In this document: piece after piece, positions 26,016 to 40,190 of the stretch
How the letters are laid out: every line of letters begins with the position of its first letter
Numbering within the stretch: position 1 is the stretch's first letter
DNA from: Octopus sinensis
Lineage: Eukaryota
Assembly (NCBI RefSeq): GCF_006345805.1
Contig: NC_043000.1
Coordinates: 37,634,001 to 37,698,000 of the forward strand
DNA length: 64,000 nucleotides
Direction: 5' to 3'
Position numbers and translations under genes: made by a program
The notes under the pieces: generated by a model
Told to the model about the DNA's origin: nothing
What the model saw: the letters and a program-made list of their open reading frames with translations, nothing else
Database searches by the model: none

Positions 26016-26289
26016 TTCCTTCTCCATTTCTTCCACATAAATTTCAATTTTTTGTTTACTTTCACCGCTTTCATCGCTTAAATAATTCCAATCCTTTCTC
26101 ATTTCTCCCTGCTCATCACATTTTACTCTCTCATCGTGAAACTAGACTTTGGATTACAAATTCGACGAGATTCTGTATAGTTTCCGCCAGATCCAATTCA
26201 CCCCGCACTTCTCTGAGGTGCAACATAAAGGGACCGAAACACAGACCTCATAGTTACGAAACGAGCTTCTTAACTACACACACATATAT

Positions 26290-26458
26290 ATGTCTGTCTG
26301 TCTGTCTATCCATCTATCTATCACTCCACCCCTCTGTCCGTCCGTCGAGTCCGTCCGTCCGTCCGTCCGTCCGTCGAGTCCGTCTGTCCGTCCGTCCGTA
26401 CGTCCGTCCGTCCGTCTTTCCGTCCGTCTTTCCGTCCGTCTGTCTGTTTTTCTGTCTG

Positions 26459-26490
<32 letters not shown>

Positions 26491-26610
26491 TGTATGTATG
26501 TATGTACGTACGTACGTACGTATGTATGTATGTATGTATGTATGTATGTATGTATGTATGTATGTATGTATGTATGTGTATGTATGTATGTATGTATGTA
26601 TGTATGTATG

Positions 26611-26641
<31 letters not shown>

Positions 26642-26642
26642 A
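26290..26642. repeat. Compound tetranucleotide array (TCTG)/(TCCG)/(TATG)/(TATC)
   Basis: Direct reading of the sequence. Confidence 0.95.
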
Positions 26643-27534
26643 TATTTCGTATTCAACCATTCACCACGCTTCTTGCTATCCATTACGTTTTATTACTCTA
26701 ATATCTTCCATCTATTTTTCAGAAATTGAAATATATTCCCTCGTTTGCTTGACTACAGAGTCCCCTAGTGGTGAATATTGTAGCGTTAAACATATGGAAT
26801 AACCTCGAGCACTTGGATATCTTCCCGCTATGTTTTCTTGTTTCTCTCCATTAAAGATCTGCTTCGGGGAAAATATCAAACTATTAGACCACATGACGAA
26901 CGCTTCAAACTGCCCTAGAAATTCTTTCACGTTCGCCATGATGAAGCATTTGTTTTTTTCTTCTTTTTTGTTATTATTCAACGAAACCCCAATCAATCCT
27001 CCAATATTGAATACCAAATATCTTTTAAAGAAAAGAGCAGCAAAACCAATAACAACAGCGACTACAATAACCACAACGAGCGACAGAATGAAAAGGAAAG
27101 AAACGTAGAGAAGGAAGGAAAATCGTAATAACTACAGTGAATATCTTTACGGACTGCTCCGCCATTTTACTCGGTGTTTGTTAACGGAATTTGTGTCAGC
27201 CACTTGAATTGTTTTGCGCTATCAGCATGAAGATGATGTTTCGAAATAATAAAATGACAAGTGGTCGGTCGCCATTCCTGTCTATTAATAACCAATCAGG
27301 TGGAATTAGCTGGTGTGGCAGGTAGTTTAACTGGTGTAATAATTACAACCTGAGGTGTTTTCAAGTAATTGCATTCATGCAAATGCAAGAATTTCTAGTT
27401 AAGATCTGCGAGAAAGATATTTTGCAGGAAGAAAACACGTTTTGTATTATGAGAACAAGATAGGAATAATAGGGTGAGAGGACGAAGATGATGATGATAA
27501 CAACAACAACAATAATAATAATAACCATTTCTAT

Positions 27535-27721
27535 TATAGATACAAGGCCTAAAATTTTGTGGGAGAGGATGAGTCGATTACATCGGCCTAAGTGTTTCAA
27601 GGGTACTTAATTTATCGGCCCCACAGGCTGAAAGACTAAGTCGACCACGGCGGAATTTGAACTCGGAACGTAGCGACGGCCAAAATACCACTAAGCAATT
27701 CGTCTCTGCCATCACACCGCC

Positions 27722-27722
<1 letters not shown>
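27535..27722 (-). mobile_element. SINE family B
   Basis: gtcgaccacggcggaatttgaactcggaacgtagcgacgg core. Confidence 0.75.
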
Positions 27723-27776
<54 letters not shown>

Positions 27777-27783
27777 TAATAAT

Positions 27784-30194
27784 GACAAGATCCCCAACTT
27801 CTGGTTGAAATATCTAACAGGAATGCACAAAAAGCTGGCTGAAAATTTTAACACCATACTGGCAGGGCCAGAGACAATGCCTGAATGGCTCACAAAGGGG
27901 AAAACCATCTTAATTCCCAAATCAAATGAGACAGCAAAACCAGAAAACTACAGACCTATAACCTGTCTCCCTATAATGTACAAAGCATTTACGGTAGTGA
28001 TATCGCAAATATTGAACAAGCACCTGGACGAAAACAACCTGTTTCCAGAAGAGCAGAAAGGATGCCGCAAAGGCTTATATGGCTGTAAAGATCAACTAAT
28101 GATCAATAAAGCCATAACTGAAAACAGCCACAGAAAGAAGAAAGGCCTCAGTATGGCCTGGATCGACTACAAAAAGGCGTTTGATAGCATCCCCCACACA
28201 TGGATCCTCGAAACACTAGCCATGAACAAAGTTGCACCAAAAATTATAAAATATATAGGACACTCTATGAATAAATGGCAAACAGTGCTACAGCTCCAAA
28301 CAAAAGAGGGACTTGTGAAAACCAAAGGCATCCCCATTAGAAGAGGAATATTCCAGGGAGATACGCTCTCTCCACTCCTTTTCTGCTTGGCACTGTCACC
28401 TCTATCGGATATGCTAAACAGAACTGGATGCGGATATAAATGTTACGGCAAAACGATCAGCCACCTTTTATATATGGATGACCTAAAACTATACGCTGGA
28501 AATGACAAACAGCTGGAAACACTACTAAAGACAGTTCATGCATTTACCAAAGAAATAAATATGAAATTTGGATTAGAGAAATGCGCCAAAGTCACCCTGA
28601 AAAGAGGAAAACTAGTTAAGAGTAGCAACATCACACTAGATAAAACCAATGAAATAAAAGAATTAGACCAAAGCCAAAATTACAAATACTTAGGAATCCA
28701 TGAACTAGATAAGACACAACACACACAAATGAAGGTGAAAATAAAAAAAGAATATTATAGACGAGTTAGATCAATACTAAAAACAGAGCTCAATGCTAAA
28801 AACAAGATAATAGGTATCAACACTTTAGCCGTCCCAGTTATAAGTTACAGCTACAATATCCTTAACTGGACTCTAAATGAACTGACCAAAGTAGATAGGA
28901 AAACAAGAAAAATAATGACAGGATCTAGGATGCATCACCCAAAATCTGACAAAGAAAGGCTATATATACAACGTATAGATGGTGGTAGAGGCCTTATACA
29001 GCTGGAAAACTACTATAAAATAACCACCATAGGACTGCAAAAATATCTACTTCAGAAGGAAGGAAAACTGATAAAATAGCGGCAAAACACGAGCAAAACA
29101 AAAACTGTTCTCAGTATTTAAGGAAGCTGACAAATACAAACAAGAAATCATACCACCTAACAAATATGAAGAAGAAGAAGAGAAGAAGAAAGAAGAAGAA
29201 GAAGAAGAAGAAGAAGAAGAAGAAGAAGAAGAGAAGAAGAAGAAGAAGAGAAGAAGAAGAAGAAGAAGAAGAGAAGAAGAAGAAGAAACAAAAAACGCTG
29301 TAAAACAAATGAAATCCAAACTAAAACTAGAACAGCAACGAACCCTGATAAAACGGTGGCAAGAAAAGCCCCTTCATGGCAAATACTGGACTAAACTAAA
29401 TGCAAAAGAAATAGACAAAGAAAAATCCCAACAATGGTTGAGAAGATCAGGACTCAAAGCAGAGACGGAAGGATTTTTAATTGCAGCACAAGACCAAAGC
29501 CTTCCCACCAGAAATTACCAAAAACATGTAATGAAAAGAAATATAACAAGTAACTGCAGAATATGTGGAGATGGACAAGAAACAATAAATCATATTATCT
29601 CTGGCTGCCCAGTCCTGGCTAAGAAGGAATATATTCACAGACACGACAGAGTTGGAACCTATATACACTGGAAACTATGCCAACATTATAAGCACACACC
29701 AGAAAAGGTTACAGAAAACGAGAAAACGACCATACTCTGGGATATGCCAATACACACAGATAGAGAAATTAAGGCCAGCAGACCAGATATAGTTGTCAGA
29801 GATCATGAAGAAAAAAAATGTTTTCTAATTGATGTATCAATACCAGCGGATGACAACGTGTCTCTAAAAGAAATGGAGAAACTTTCAAAATACAAAGACC
29901 TGGAAATAGAGGTAACCAGAATGTGGAATCTAAAAACATAAACAATTCCTATCATAATAGGTGCATTAGGCATGATAAAAAAATATTCAGACAAATACAT
30001 AACAAAAACACCAGGACTTACAAACACATATAACATACAGAAAATTGCACTACTAGGCACCGCACACATCCTACGCAGAACACTTTCCATACAATAACCA
30101 TCAGAGCATCACAACAAATCACAGTACATACCCAAGGCACACAGAGCTGTGCTCGGTAGTGAAGTGAAAGCACGATATAGAAAATATACTACTG
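27784..30194 (+). mobile_element. 5'-truncated R4/Dong-clade non-LTR retrotransposon inserted in (TAA)n
   Basis: RT motifs NYRPITCL, WIDYKKAFDSIPH, GIFQGDTLSP and YMDDLKLY; CCHC zinc finger CRICG..ETINHIISGC; restriction-like endonuclease RPDIV..D.SIP..EK..KY. Short 3' UTR, with (TAA)n on both sides. Confidence 0.92.
27805..30097 (+). pseudogene. Disrupted RT-zinc finger-RLE polyprotein of the R4/Dong element
   Basis: ORFs 27805..29079 and 29309..29941, continuing to TAA at 30095-97. There is a frameshift near 29075, a (GAA)n expansion at 29168-29288 and a premature TAA at 29939-41. Confidence 0.85.
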
Positions 30195-30279
30195 AATAAT
30201 AATAATAATAATAATAATAACAATAACGATAACGATAACGATGACGATGACGATGACGATGATGATGATGATGATGATG

Positions 30280-30324
<45 letters not shown>

Positions 30325-30344
30325 GTAATAATAATAATAATAAT

Positions 30345-30680
30345 ATAACCAATTACATCAAATACAGGATAGACAACACATCAGAAAGTGATAAGTGCAG
30401 GATTTGTGGACAAAAATGTTGAAACCGTATGGCATATTACCAGCCAATGTACGCCACTAACTCAGAAAGAATATAAGAGACGTCATGACAACATAGTAAG
30501 GATTGTTCATTGGACACTTTACAAGTATGGAGTTGACAGAGCAAAAATGTGGTACAAACATAAACCCGAAGGCATAATCGAAAGTGATATTGCAAAGATA
30601 CTATGGGATTTTATGATTCAGTGCGACCACGAGATAGGGAACAGGAAGCCAGAAATAGTGTTAATTGAGAAGGAAAATAT
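30345..30680 (+). mobile_element. Fragment of a second R4/Dong subfamily (zinc finger-RLE)
   Basis: KCRICG..VETVWHITSQC..L.QKEYKRRHDN...KILWDFMIQCDHEIGNRKPEIVLIEK. Confidence 0.8.
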
Positions 30681-30714
30681 GGAGAAGAAGGAGAAGGAGG
30701 GGAGGAGAAGGAGA

Positions 30715-31020
30715 ATTGGTTCATATGTTGGTGCAAGGCCAGCAATGTTAGGAGTAGGGCGAGTATCAATTACATCAACCCCAGTATTTGACTGGTACTT
30801 TATCATATCGACCATGAAAGGATGAAAGGCTAAGTTGAATTTGGCGAGATTTGAACTCAGGACGTAAAAAGTTGTAAGAAATGACTCTAAGCATTTTGTC
30901 CGACGCGCAAACGATTTTTCTAGCTCACCACCTCAATGCTTTCAAATTTTGGCACAAAGTCAGTAATTTTCGTAATGGTCGTAAGTCGATTACATCAACC
31001 CAAGTACTTGGCTGGTATCA
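30715..31020 (-). mobile_element. SINE family B fragments
   Basis: gactggtactttatcatatcgacc...gagatttgaactcagg, plus a second 3' module at ~30950-31020. Confidence 0.65.
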
Positions 31021-31069
31021 ATACAGTCCACAGCAGTATGTACAGAGGGTGCATGAAAAAGATATCTTC

Positions 31070-31990
31070 ATCAATGCTTCCTGATTTGGACAAAATCTAT
31101 TGATCCTTTTAAAGAATCCTGCACCATTCTGACGAACCTGCATCCAGGTTTAAAATCCGCAAAGCATATGAGCAATACAAAATTATCATTTCTTGAGATA
31201 AGGGAAACTTCACAACAGATATGTATTATAAGTCATAAAAATACATAAGGATCTTAACTTTAAATTATGTTACCCAACACATACAAAACGGAATATGTCA
31301 TTCTCTCTAACCAAGAATTTTTTTACTGTGGTGATTGATTTAGATGCCAACGACAAACATCTCACAGGAAACATGGGACTTCAATTCACATAAAAAAAGT
31401 CACCCTACATACATAAACTGACAAAGAACTTGCAAAACAAATACTTTTAGAGCAACTAAGAGTAACCCAAGAAAGTGGAACAGAAGGCCAGAATATCATA
31501 CCTTTATCATGCAATACATGTCTGCAAGATAGTTTTAACGTTGTCAATTCAAACTTGCCTAACATTCAAGTAACGAAGTTAAACATACAATACTGACCCC
31601 AAAAAGTTTTGACAAAAGCAAAGTTTAACATAAACGAAAAGGATAAACCATTAATAGTATTTAAAAGGATAAACCTTTTATGGTATTCAATGATAATCGG
31701 TATGCTACATGTTAATTCGTTGATACTGGTTAATATATTAACACGAAGAGCGGAGAAAGAATATTTCCAACGTATATATGAAATTTAAAACAAAGATATG
31801 TTCTGCTGCATCAAATATCCGAATTGTTAACAAATTTATATTGGACAGACAGGAAAGTCATTACTGAAACGCATGAGAGAGTAACAAACTAAGGATCATG
31901 ATACATGTTAGATCTCATTAAGCAATCATTTAAAAACATACTGCAATAAATAAAATTTCCTCATAACAAACATTGTGACTCAAGTGGTGT
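31070..31990 (+). mobile_element. Heavily degraded Penelope RT-thumb-GIY-YIG remnant
   Basis: CFLIWTK (after the lost DD), SFLEI, TDMYYK, THTKRN and QIYIGQTGKSLLKR-like stretches, with many stops. Confidence 0.65.
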
Positions 31991-32080
31991 TAGAAGAAGT
32001 GTAAGAGAAAAGAATTTTGAGAAGCTCGAATCTAATGGGACAGTGATATTATTTTGAGTATATATGCATGTTTATATATG

Positions 32081-32151
<71 letters not shown>

Positions 32152-32729
32152 GTATGTGTGTGTGTCTATATACTTATATGTATATGTGTATATACATACA
32201 CACACACACACATATATATATAGGAGAAAAGAGAAGACGAAGGAATAAGCGATTATCATATGAACTTCTTTAGCTTACAGCTGTTTCCAATATAAGATGC
32301 GCTGGAATCAGTTGTGTGCCTGAATAACACTTATCATTTTTATGAGAGCCTCAAGCATGAAATGAATGTTATATATATATATATATATATATATTTCTAT
32401 ATAACTCAAAGTGTACACTATTAAACGCACATTACGGCCTATCTTACTAATGAGATTCCCCCTTGAAATTAAACTGGATGTTAAATAACAGCATGGGTAA
32501 ATAAAACTGCATCCCAGTATGAACTGGCAGGTAGGATAAAGATATGGCAGCTACAAAACCCATTTGTAAGGTCGGCCATAATGGATATATATACTACTCT
32601 ACATTCAGATATTCCCACACTTGTAACCATTATGAGTGCATATTTTTTCCTGATTCATAAAATCTTAGACTATGTATGTGAGTTTATATATGATATATAT
32701 ATATATACATACATGCATACATACATACA

Positions 32730-32761
<32 letters not shown>

Positions 32762-33152
32762 CATACATATACATACACACAGATATATATATATATATAT
32801 TATATATATATATATATGCAGGGTGGGGTTCCGTGCCATTTATTTTTACCAAAATCTGCTTATAAGATATTCATTAATCCGAGGCTATAGTTGGAAACCC
32901 TTGCACAAGATGCCGCGCAGTGGAACCGAACTCGTAAAAACTTGGACGCGTAGCGAACGTCTTAACTACTCGGCTATGTCTACGTCTATGAACATTGATT
33001 TTGATTTTATTTTTACTTATTCATTTGTTTTGGTCAATTTAACAGAGGAATGGTTAAATTTAATAGTTCGGACATCATGGTATGCAAGGCATTATTTTTA
33101 TTATTTTTACTGTTTATATTATCATTATCATTATTATTATTATTAATTATTA

Positions 33153-33183
<31 letters not shown>

Positions 33184-34607
33184 TATTATCATTGGTGTTG
33201 TTGTTGTTGCTGTTTTGGTTGTTGTTATTTTAATACGATTCTGTTTAAATAACTCCCATCGTTAATTCGATGTCAGATGCATCGGAATCATTGATAGTAT
33301 TATAAACATTTAATGTTTTTACGGAGAAATAAATTTCTGTGTATTTTCAAGGCCCATTTAACATTTGAAGATATTGATTTCGTCTGATGAGTATTTCCAA
33401 TGTGATTTTCCTGTAATATCCGGAATTATTGGACAATGACCCCCCCCCCCATTCCAAGTTGTTTTCTACAGACGTAGATCAGTTCTATCATCGTACATTA
33501 ACAAAATGGTTTTCGCAATATGACTTTTATGTTGTAGACTAGCGCGAGGAAATGGTGCAGGGCGGAGGGAAGATTCAATAAATTTGCTGTGGTAGTGGCA
33601 GAAATATTATATCGTCTGCAGATCATACGGTAAAATATTATGCATATGGAGGAGATGTACTTCTCAAGATGGTAGATACCCACAAAATAGGATTTCGGAT
33701 CAATAACTGAATATTATAACCTAACCTAAATCTTAAGGATTTAAACACACAGACAGATGAAAACGGGAGAATTAGAAACGGTGCCTGTATCGAGAGTCAG
33801 ACAACCAGTGTGGGGAAGATTCTTGCTTGTGATCAATGCTACAATAGTCTCGTCTATCTCTCTCTCTGTAAATAGGTGCCACATGTAAGTACATATTAAT
33901 ATATGCAGTACAAGCATTATAAAGTTCTTATTTAATATATTTATTTTTCTTGTGGTCTATGACTTATAACACTGGTTGTCTGGGTTCTATGGCGTACAAA
34001 TGTCCGAAATTAGAAAGATCCGCCTGTTTGTTGCGAATTTTAAAGCTAGTACTTCCCAAGGGAAGAGACAAATCGATTGCATCAACTGCTTGAATAGTAC
34101 TTTTTTTATCGACCCCGAAAGGCTAAGAAGTACAGTTGACTTCGGCAGCATTTGAACTCAGAACGTAGATGCTGCTACACATTTTATCCCACAAGCGATT
34201 CTTCCAATTCATCGCCTTTATAAAGGTATTTACAAATATAAAGCTAGCGAATGAGTTTACAATAATGAGCTGAAGTCCTACCTTTGCGCTTACACCAGAG
34301 GGGAAAGCGCTCCACTAAGGTAACTCTTTCTAAGTAAAATGTTTGTATCGGAAATCTTATATCGCACTGGATTATCATTATGATTAGGCTCTGCCTTGAC
34401 AACCGATCTCATAATGGTAGATTGAGTGACATTATCTTAAATCTAATCTAATACCCAAGCACTTAATGAGTCAGTTCACAACAGCATATACATATCATGC
34501 GAATAAAAAATACAATTGAGTTCAATAAATATTTGCAATTCTTTTAATCATATTGCCCTTGAAAAACTTCCAAGATTAAATATAAATTACTGATGTATAG
34601 AATGTCT

Positions 34608-34646
<39 letters not shown>

Positions 34647-34679
34647 GTATAACAATTCTGCTTCTCATTACGTTACTTT

Positions 34680-35100
34680 GCCCGCTTTCACGTGATTAGA
34701 GAACAAGAGGGAGAAAGAAAAGAGGGAGAGAGAAGAAGAGGGTGAGAGAAGCGTCTACGACGTGAGGTAGAGAGAACGTAATTGTAACGCTTTCACGGGA
34801 TTAGTTGAAGGGAAAGAGAGGAGAAAGAAAAAGGAGAGAGAAAAAGAGGATAAAGCGAAGCGTGAGACAGAAAGGGGGAGAAAGAAATAGAGGGAGAGAA
34901 GAAAAGAGGGAGAGAGAAGCATCCATGACATGAGGTAGAAAGAATGTAATTGTAACGCATTCACGTGATCAGTTGAAGGGGAAGAGAGGAGAAAGAAAAA
35001 GAGAGAGAGAGGAAAAGAGGGAGAGAGAGGTGCCCGTGATGTGAGTTAGGGGAAACGTAATATTTATTACGTCATTAAAAAAGTTAGTTGAAGGTAGGGA
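34680..35100. repeat. Three to four diverged purine-rich tandem units (~110-180 bp)
   Basis: Recurrent ttcacgtgat(c/t)agttgaaggg...gagagaagc.tcc.tgac.tgaggtag..agaa.gtaattgtaacgc. Confidence 0.7.
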
Positions 35101-35819
35101 TAGAGACAAAGGGAGTTAGAAATTTAAATTCATGGTGAAGTTAAAGAAAGGCAGAGAGAGAGAGGGGGGAGAAGAAGGAAAGTGAGAGGGGAGAGAGGAG
35201 GGAAAGTGAGAGGGGAGAGAGAGATGATGGTATGGTGGTGGTGATTGGGTAGTGAAAAGTGCATTTTATGATTGAATAAAGATTTTATACCCCCTATCAC
35301 TTAACGCATGCGCATAAGTGCAATTCCGTGAAATATTCGTGCTTATTTACGTGGCAAATATATGCAATTTAACTAAAGGTTGTATCATATGTACGGGATA
35401 TTTTTTGTTTGTTTATGGGGAAAATGGAAAAATAAGAGTGAATATTTTTATGAGTGCTGTGTATTAAGTCTACAAAATTGTGCATAAAGTATATAAGGTG
35501 TATCGTGGCGCTCCGTCGGTTACGATCCGATCACTTTGGAGAAAATACACAAAATCCTTCCTTACTTTCTGAGTTTAAATGACACCGGACTCACCTTTGC
35601 CTTTTATCTTTTTGGGGATCTATAAATTAAAGTACCAGTAATGTATTGGAGTCGATGTAATAGACTAATAATCGCCTCCTGAAACTCCTGGCCTTGTTCC
35701 AAAAGTTTAAACCATTGTTTTAACGCTACTTTAAGAATCACAATAGAACATTCACTCGTGGGGAAACGCTACACTTTATGTAGAGTCCCAGTCAATTGAA
35801 GCGTTATAATAATACCACC

Positions 35820-36012
35820 AAGTCGAAAGGTGGCAAGCTGACGGAATCGTTAACCGGCTGGGCGAACTGCATACCAGCATTTCGTCTGACTTTCGCTATT
35901 ATTTTATAGGGAAGGGGGTCGATAAAATAAGTACCAGTTGATCCCTGGGATCAATGTAATCGACTTACCCTTCCCTCGAAATTTCCAGCCTTAGACCGAA
36001 ATTTGAAACCAA
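35820..36012 (+). mobile_element. SINE family B (a degraded copy also at ~35560-35720)
   Basis: ggcaagctgacggaatcgtta head, gggggtcgataaaataagtaccagttg core and aatttgaaaccaata tail. Confidence 0.75.
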
Positions 36013-36736
36013 TATTTTAAAGTTAAAATTTAGGGAAAAGTATTTGAAAAAATACTTTGCTTGTTTTGATAATAAAGTATGAATAAAAATAGAAAAGTGT
36101 GCATGGAGGGGATAAGGCTTAATAAAGTTTGAGAAGTACTGATCTGATGCCCAACTCAGCATGTAAAAAACTGCCGGATTACGTGGGCGAATTTCACTTA
36201 TACAAATAGTTTTACAGAAATGGGACTTAGTAATATCATAAGAATCCATGGAAACTATAGTTTTTCAAGTGATATTCTAAAAGTAATTCCTGTCAAGTCA
36301 AGCATCAGTGTTAATAATCGTATCAGATGCAGAAGCAACAGGAAAATCAAGAAGAAATGGCAAAACTAACAGCGATATAAAAACAATTAGCAAATGTTGG
36401 AATAATCTTTGTTTATTTTTTTCAAAAATAACCAACGGCTGTAGAGATATAATTAAATGTCTCTTCTGTGAGCAATTTCAATGTGAACGCTATGTTAAAT
36501 GATTATTCGAAATCACTTGAGAGAAGAGTTTCTAACGAAAGTCGTTCTGTCTTACGATGTGGAGTCATCTTAATATCAACCGCAGAGAAGAATAAAAACA
36601 AAAAAAAGGAAAAAAAAAATCCGGGGAAAAAAACCCAGAAAAATGAAACAACTTTACAATAAACGACAACAAAAACATATAAGTGCACGCATATATTTCA
36701 TATAATATAATATAGCGCAACATAATATATACATAC

Positions 36737-36769
<33 letters not shown>

Positions 36770-36987
36770 GACACAAACACAAACATATATATGTGTGTTT
36801 GTGTGTGTGTATGCGTGCATATATGTATACACACACATTTATATATGTGTATGTATATATATATATACACACACATATATATATATATATATGTATGTAT
36901 GTATGTGAATGTGTATATATTCATATATACGTATGTTTATATATATATATATATGTGTATGTGTGTGTGTGCATGTATATGTGTGAG

Positions 36988-37042
<55 letters not shown>

Positions 37043-37047
37043 GTATA

Positions 37048-37092
<45 letters not shown>

Positions 37093-37095
37093 ATG

Positions 37096-37126
<31 letters not shown>

Positions 37127-37804
37127 CAACCACTGTCAATAACATCACCTGCAACGACGAGGAATATTTAGAAATGAAAATTACTCTGCCACAGGAGAAA
37201 TACATTTGATGAAATAATGATTAAGTAGAGCTTCATTTCTTTCTTTCTTTCTTTCTTTTTTGCTTGCTTTCCGTTTTTGTTTTTCTCTCAAGAAAACAGT
37301 TAATTACGGTTGCATTTCCTTCTGCAATTAAATGGTTACTTGCCGAGAAAATAACCAGAGACGTAAATATATTTCTACATATGTATGGAAATATTGTATA
37401 TAAGCGACGCATCGCTACACAGTGACGTCAATAATCTATTCTATTTGACGCTCCATTTGGGAAATACATTAATTCTAAACGCTAAGTAATGGAGTAAGAT
37501 ATAATGGAATGCGGAGCAACCGGTGTCTCAGAGACAGGAGAGCACCACTGTAAATCATTTATTTCAATATCTGGAAATTATTCCCAGTTTAAATCTCACT
37601 GACTTATTTTTTTTGTTTTCTAGGATCAGTAAAACTATTTTAGTACCTTACAAATGTCGATTCTGAAGAATTTAGTCTCTTAAAGAAATCCCCTAAATTT
37701 GTTGACACCAATGCATTTAAACGTGTAACGTTGCAAATAATCTTTTTATTTCGTTTTTTTTATCACGTTTCGTTATTTTGAAGACCATCAGAATATGTTT
37801 GTCT

Positions 37805-37968
37805 TATCGTTTATTTGTTGGAGTCATCGTGCTGCGGCCACGCTGGGGTATCACATTGAAAGGTTTAACCGAACAAATCGACACCAGTGCTTATTCTCTT
37901 ATTTTCGTTTGCTGAACAACTAATGTTACAGGGATGTAAAGGAACCAACACCAGTTATCACATTCAGT

Positions 37969-38005
<37 letters not shown>

Positions 38006-38195
38006 AGACACACACATATGCATATATATACGACAGGCTTCCACGCGTTTTCCTTCTACCTAGTTCGCTTTCGAAGCATTGGTCGGTCCGGGGTTAAAGG
38101 AGTACACTTGCTCAAGATGCCACGCAGTGGAACTGAACGCGAAACCACGTGGTTGTAAAGTGAGCTTCTTAACTATAAAATTATGTCAGTGCCTA
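37805..38195 (-). mobile_element. SINE family A, degraded, with an internal (CA)n tract
   Basis: 3' module (ctgcggccacgctgg...gaacaaatcgac) and 5' module (ctcaagatgccacgcagtggaactgaac) on either side of (CA)n. Confidence 0.7.
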
Positions 38196-38224
38196 TATAT
38201 TCTTTTGGGGGAGTGAGCCAACCG

Positions 38225-38570
38225 ATTAGATTGAATCCAGTACGTAAGTGGTACTTAAATTATCGACCCCAAAATGATGGAAGGCAAAGTCGACTTCGGC
38301 AGAATTTGAACTCAGACCGAAACAGCAGACGAAATACCTATTTCTTTACTACCCACAAGGGGCTAAACACAGAAGGGACAAACAAGGACAGACAAACGGA
38401 TTAAGTCGATTATATTGACTCCAGTGCGTAACTGGTACTTATTTATCGACCCCCAAAAGGATGAAATGCAAAGTCGACCTCGGCGGAATTTGAACTCAGA
38501 ACGTAACGGCAGACGAAATACGGCTACGCATTTCGCCCGGCGTGCTAACGTTTCTGCCAGCTCGCCGCCT
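38225..38570 (-). mobile_element. Young SINE family B, head-to-tail partial dimer
   Basis: Well-preserved ggcggcgagctggcagaaacgttagcacgccgggcgaaatgc...gagttcaaattccgccgaggtcgac, followed by a second, 5'-truncated unit. Confidence 0.85.
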
Positions 38571-38929
38571 TAACGGTGTGATTATTCTCGTGCATTAATT
38601 AACAGACATTAAAATACATCACTCATGAATTAAACAGAGGAAGCCTATAAAGGGTTGTGCGATTTGCTGAAAATGGCGGCTAAATTTTATTTAGCTTAGA
38701 CTCCTATCCTCTTGAAAAAGGATAATGTAATCCTAGATATGTAACGAGATAGACATTGTCAACGAGGTGTTAAACAACAACAGTGGCGAAGATTGCAACA
38801 GCAACGATGCCAAAACCTTTTCCAAAACCATTTGGGTTTTATGGAGAACTCTGAAGTCTTTTGTTGCTTTTTAAGATTATTCTTCATCATCAACCGTTGG
38901 CCATTACAAGCGCAGACGTGGCCACAACC

Positions 38930-39105
38930 CCCCACCCGAACTGGACACTCCGTCACAGAGTTATTTATTTACAGCTGAGTGGACTGGAGCAACGTGAAAT
39001 GAAGAGTTTAACAAAAGAATACAACGCGCCACCCACTCCAGGAATCGAAATCTCGATCTTGCGATCGTATATGCAATAACTTGGTCACAGGGCAACGTGC
39101 CTTTT
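38930..39105 (-). mobile_element. SINE family D, degraded
   Basis: The reverse complement contains gttgctccagtccactcagctgtaaat and a tRNA-like head. Confidence 0.55.
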
Positions 39106-39986
39106 CAAAGTTGGTAAGAATTGAATTATTTTTACATGAAATTCAAACTGAGAGATCATTGAAGTCTAATTTGATACAAGAAACTTGAAGGAATCTGTAA
39201 TTAGTTTGCCATGATGAAAGAAGAAAGTAAAAATGAAGATTACTATAAGAAATTCCATGGGAGACACCACTTCAAACCGAATTAACTGAGCTGAAGTCAT
39301 TTTATTACCTCAGAGTCATTTCATTATCCAAGCAAAACATTTAAAATATCAAGGTGAGAATTATACACTTTATATTTTCATGTGACACACAGAACCACGG
39401 AATTTGATTATCAATTTAGTATCAATCTACTAGAGTTTAAAATTTATTGATGAAGGGAAATATCTCTAACTCCCAAGAAAACTGTTTTAGACTAAGATCT
39501 TCACCACTGGGATGTGCTTTCATCCCATTTCGTCTTTTTTTGTTTGATAATCCTAAACCTGCTCCTCTAAACTTGATAACTTTATACCTCCCAATCATAA
39601 AGCCGCTTAATGACATCTTAGCCTAACACTGGATCGCTTATCGCACGCCGTTTTAATTATAACCTCTTTTTTTAAATTTGAACGAATTGTCTTGTATAAT
39701 TATACAATTCATAAATGTCCTGAGCTTGCTGATTCAGTAATAGCATTACAATATTTCTTCTCTATTACTTGTTTCAGTCATTTGACTGCGGCCATGGTGG
39801 AGCACCGCCTTTAGTCGAACAAATTGACCCCAGGACTTATTCTTTGTAAGCCTAGTACTTATTCCATCGGTGTCTTTTGCCGAACCGCTAAGTTACGGGG
39901 ACGTAAGCACACCACCATCGGTGGGGGTACAAACACAGACACACAAACATATACACACACATACACATACACATACACACACACAT

Positions 39987-40043
<57 letters not shown>

Positions 40044-40190
40044 TATATACGACGGGCTTCTTCCAGTTTCTGTCTACCAAATCCACTCACAAGGCTTTGG
40101 TTGGTCTGAGGTTATAGTAGAAGACGCTTGCCCAAGGTGTCACGCAATGGGATTGAACCCGGAACCATGTGGTTGGTAACCAAACTACTT

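Noticed and set aside
33538-33629. AG...GT-bounded open stretches (also ~39313-39352) as host exons
   Set aside because: They are short, give no recognisable protein, and are expected by chance in 64 kb.
34680-35100. Repeated motif with variable spacers, superficially CRISPR-like
   Set aside because: The units are diverged and the spacers are similar purine-rich sequence. There are no cas genes and the context is eukaryotic.
37423-37430. CRE palindrome TGACGTCA, and YY1-like motifs at 38670-38680 and 44137-44147
   Set aside because: Isolated short motifs with no supporting promoter context.
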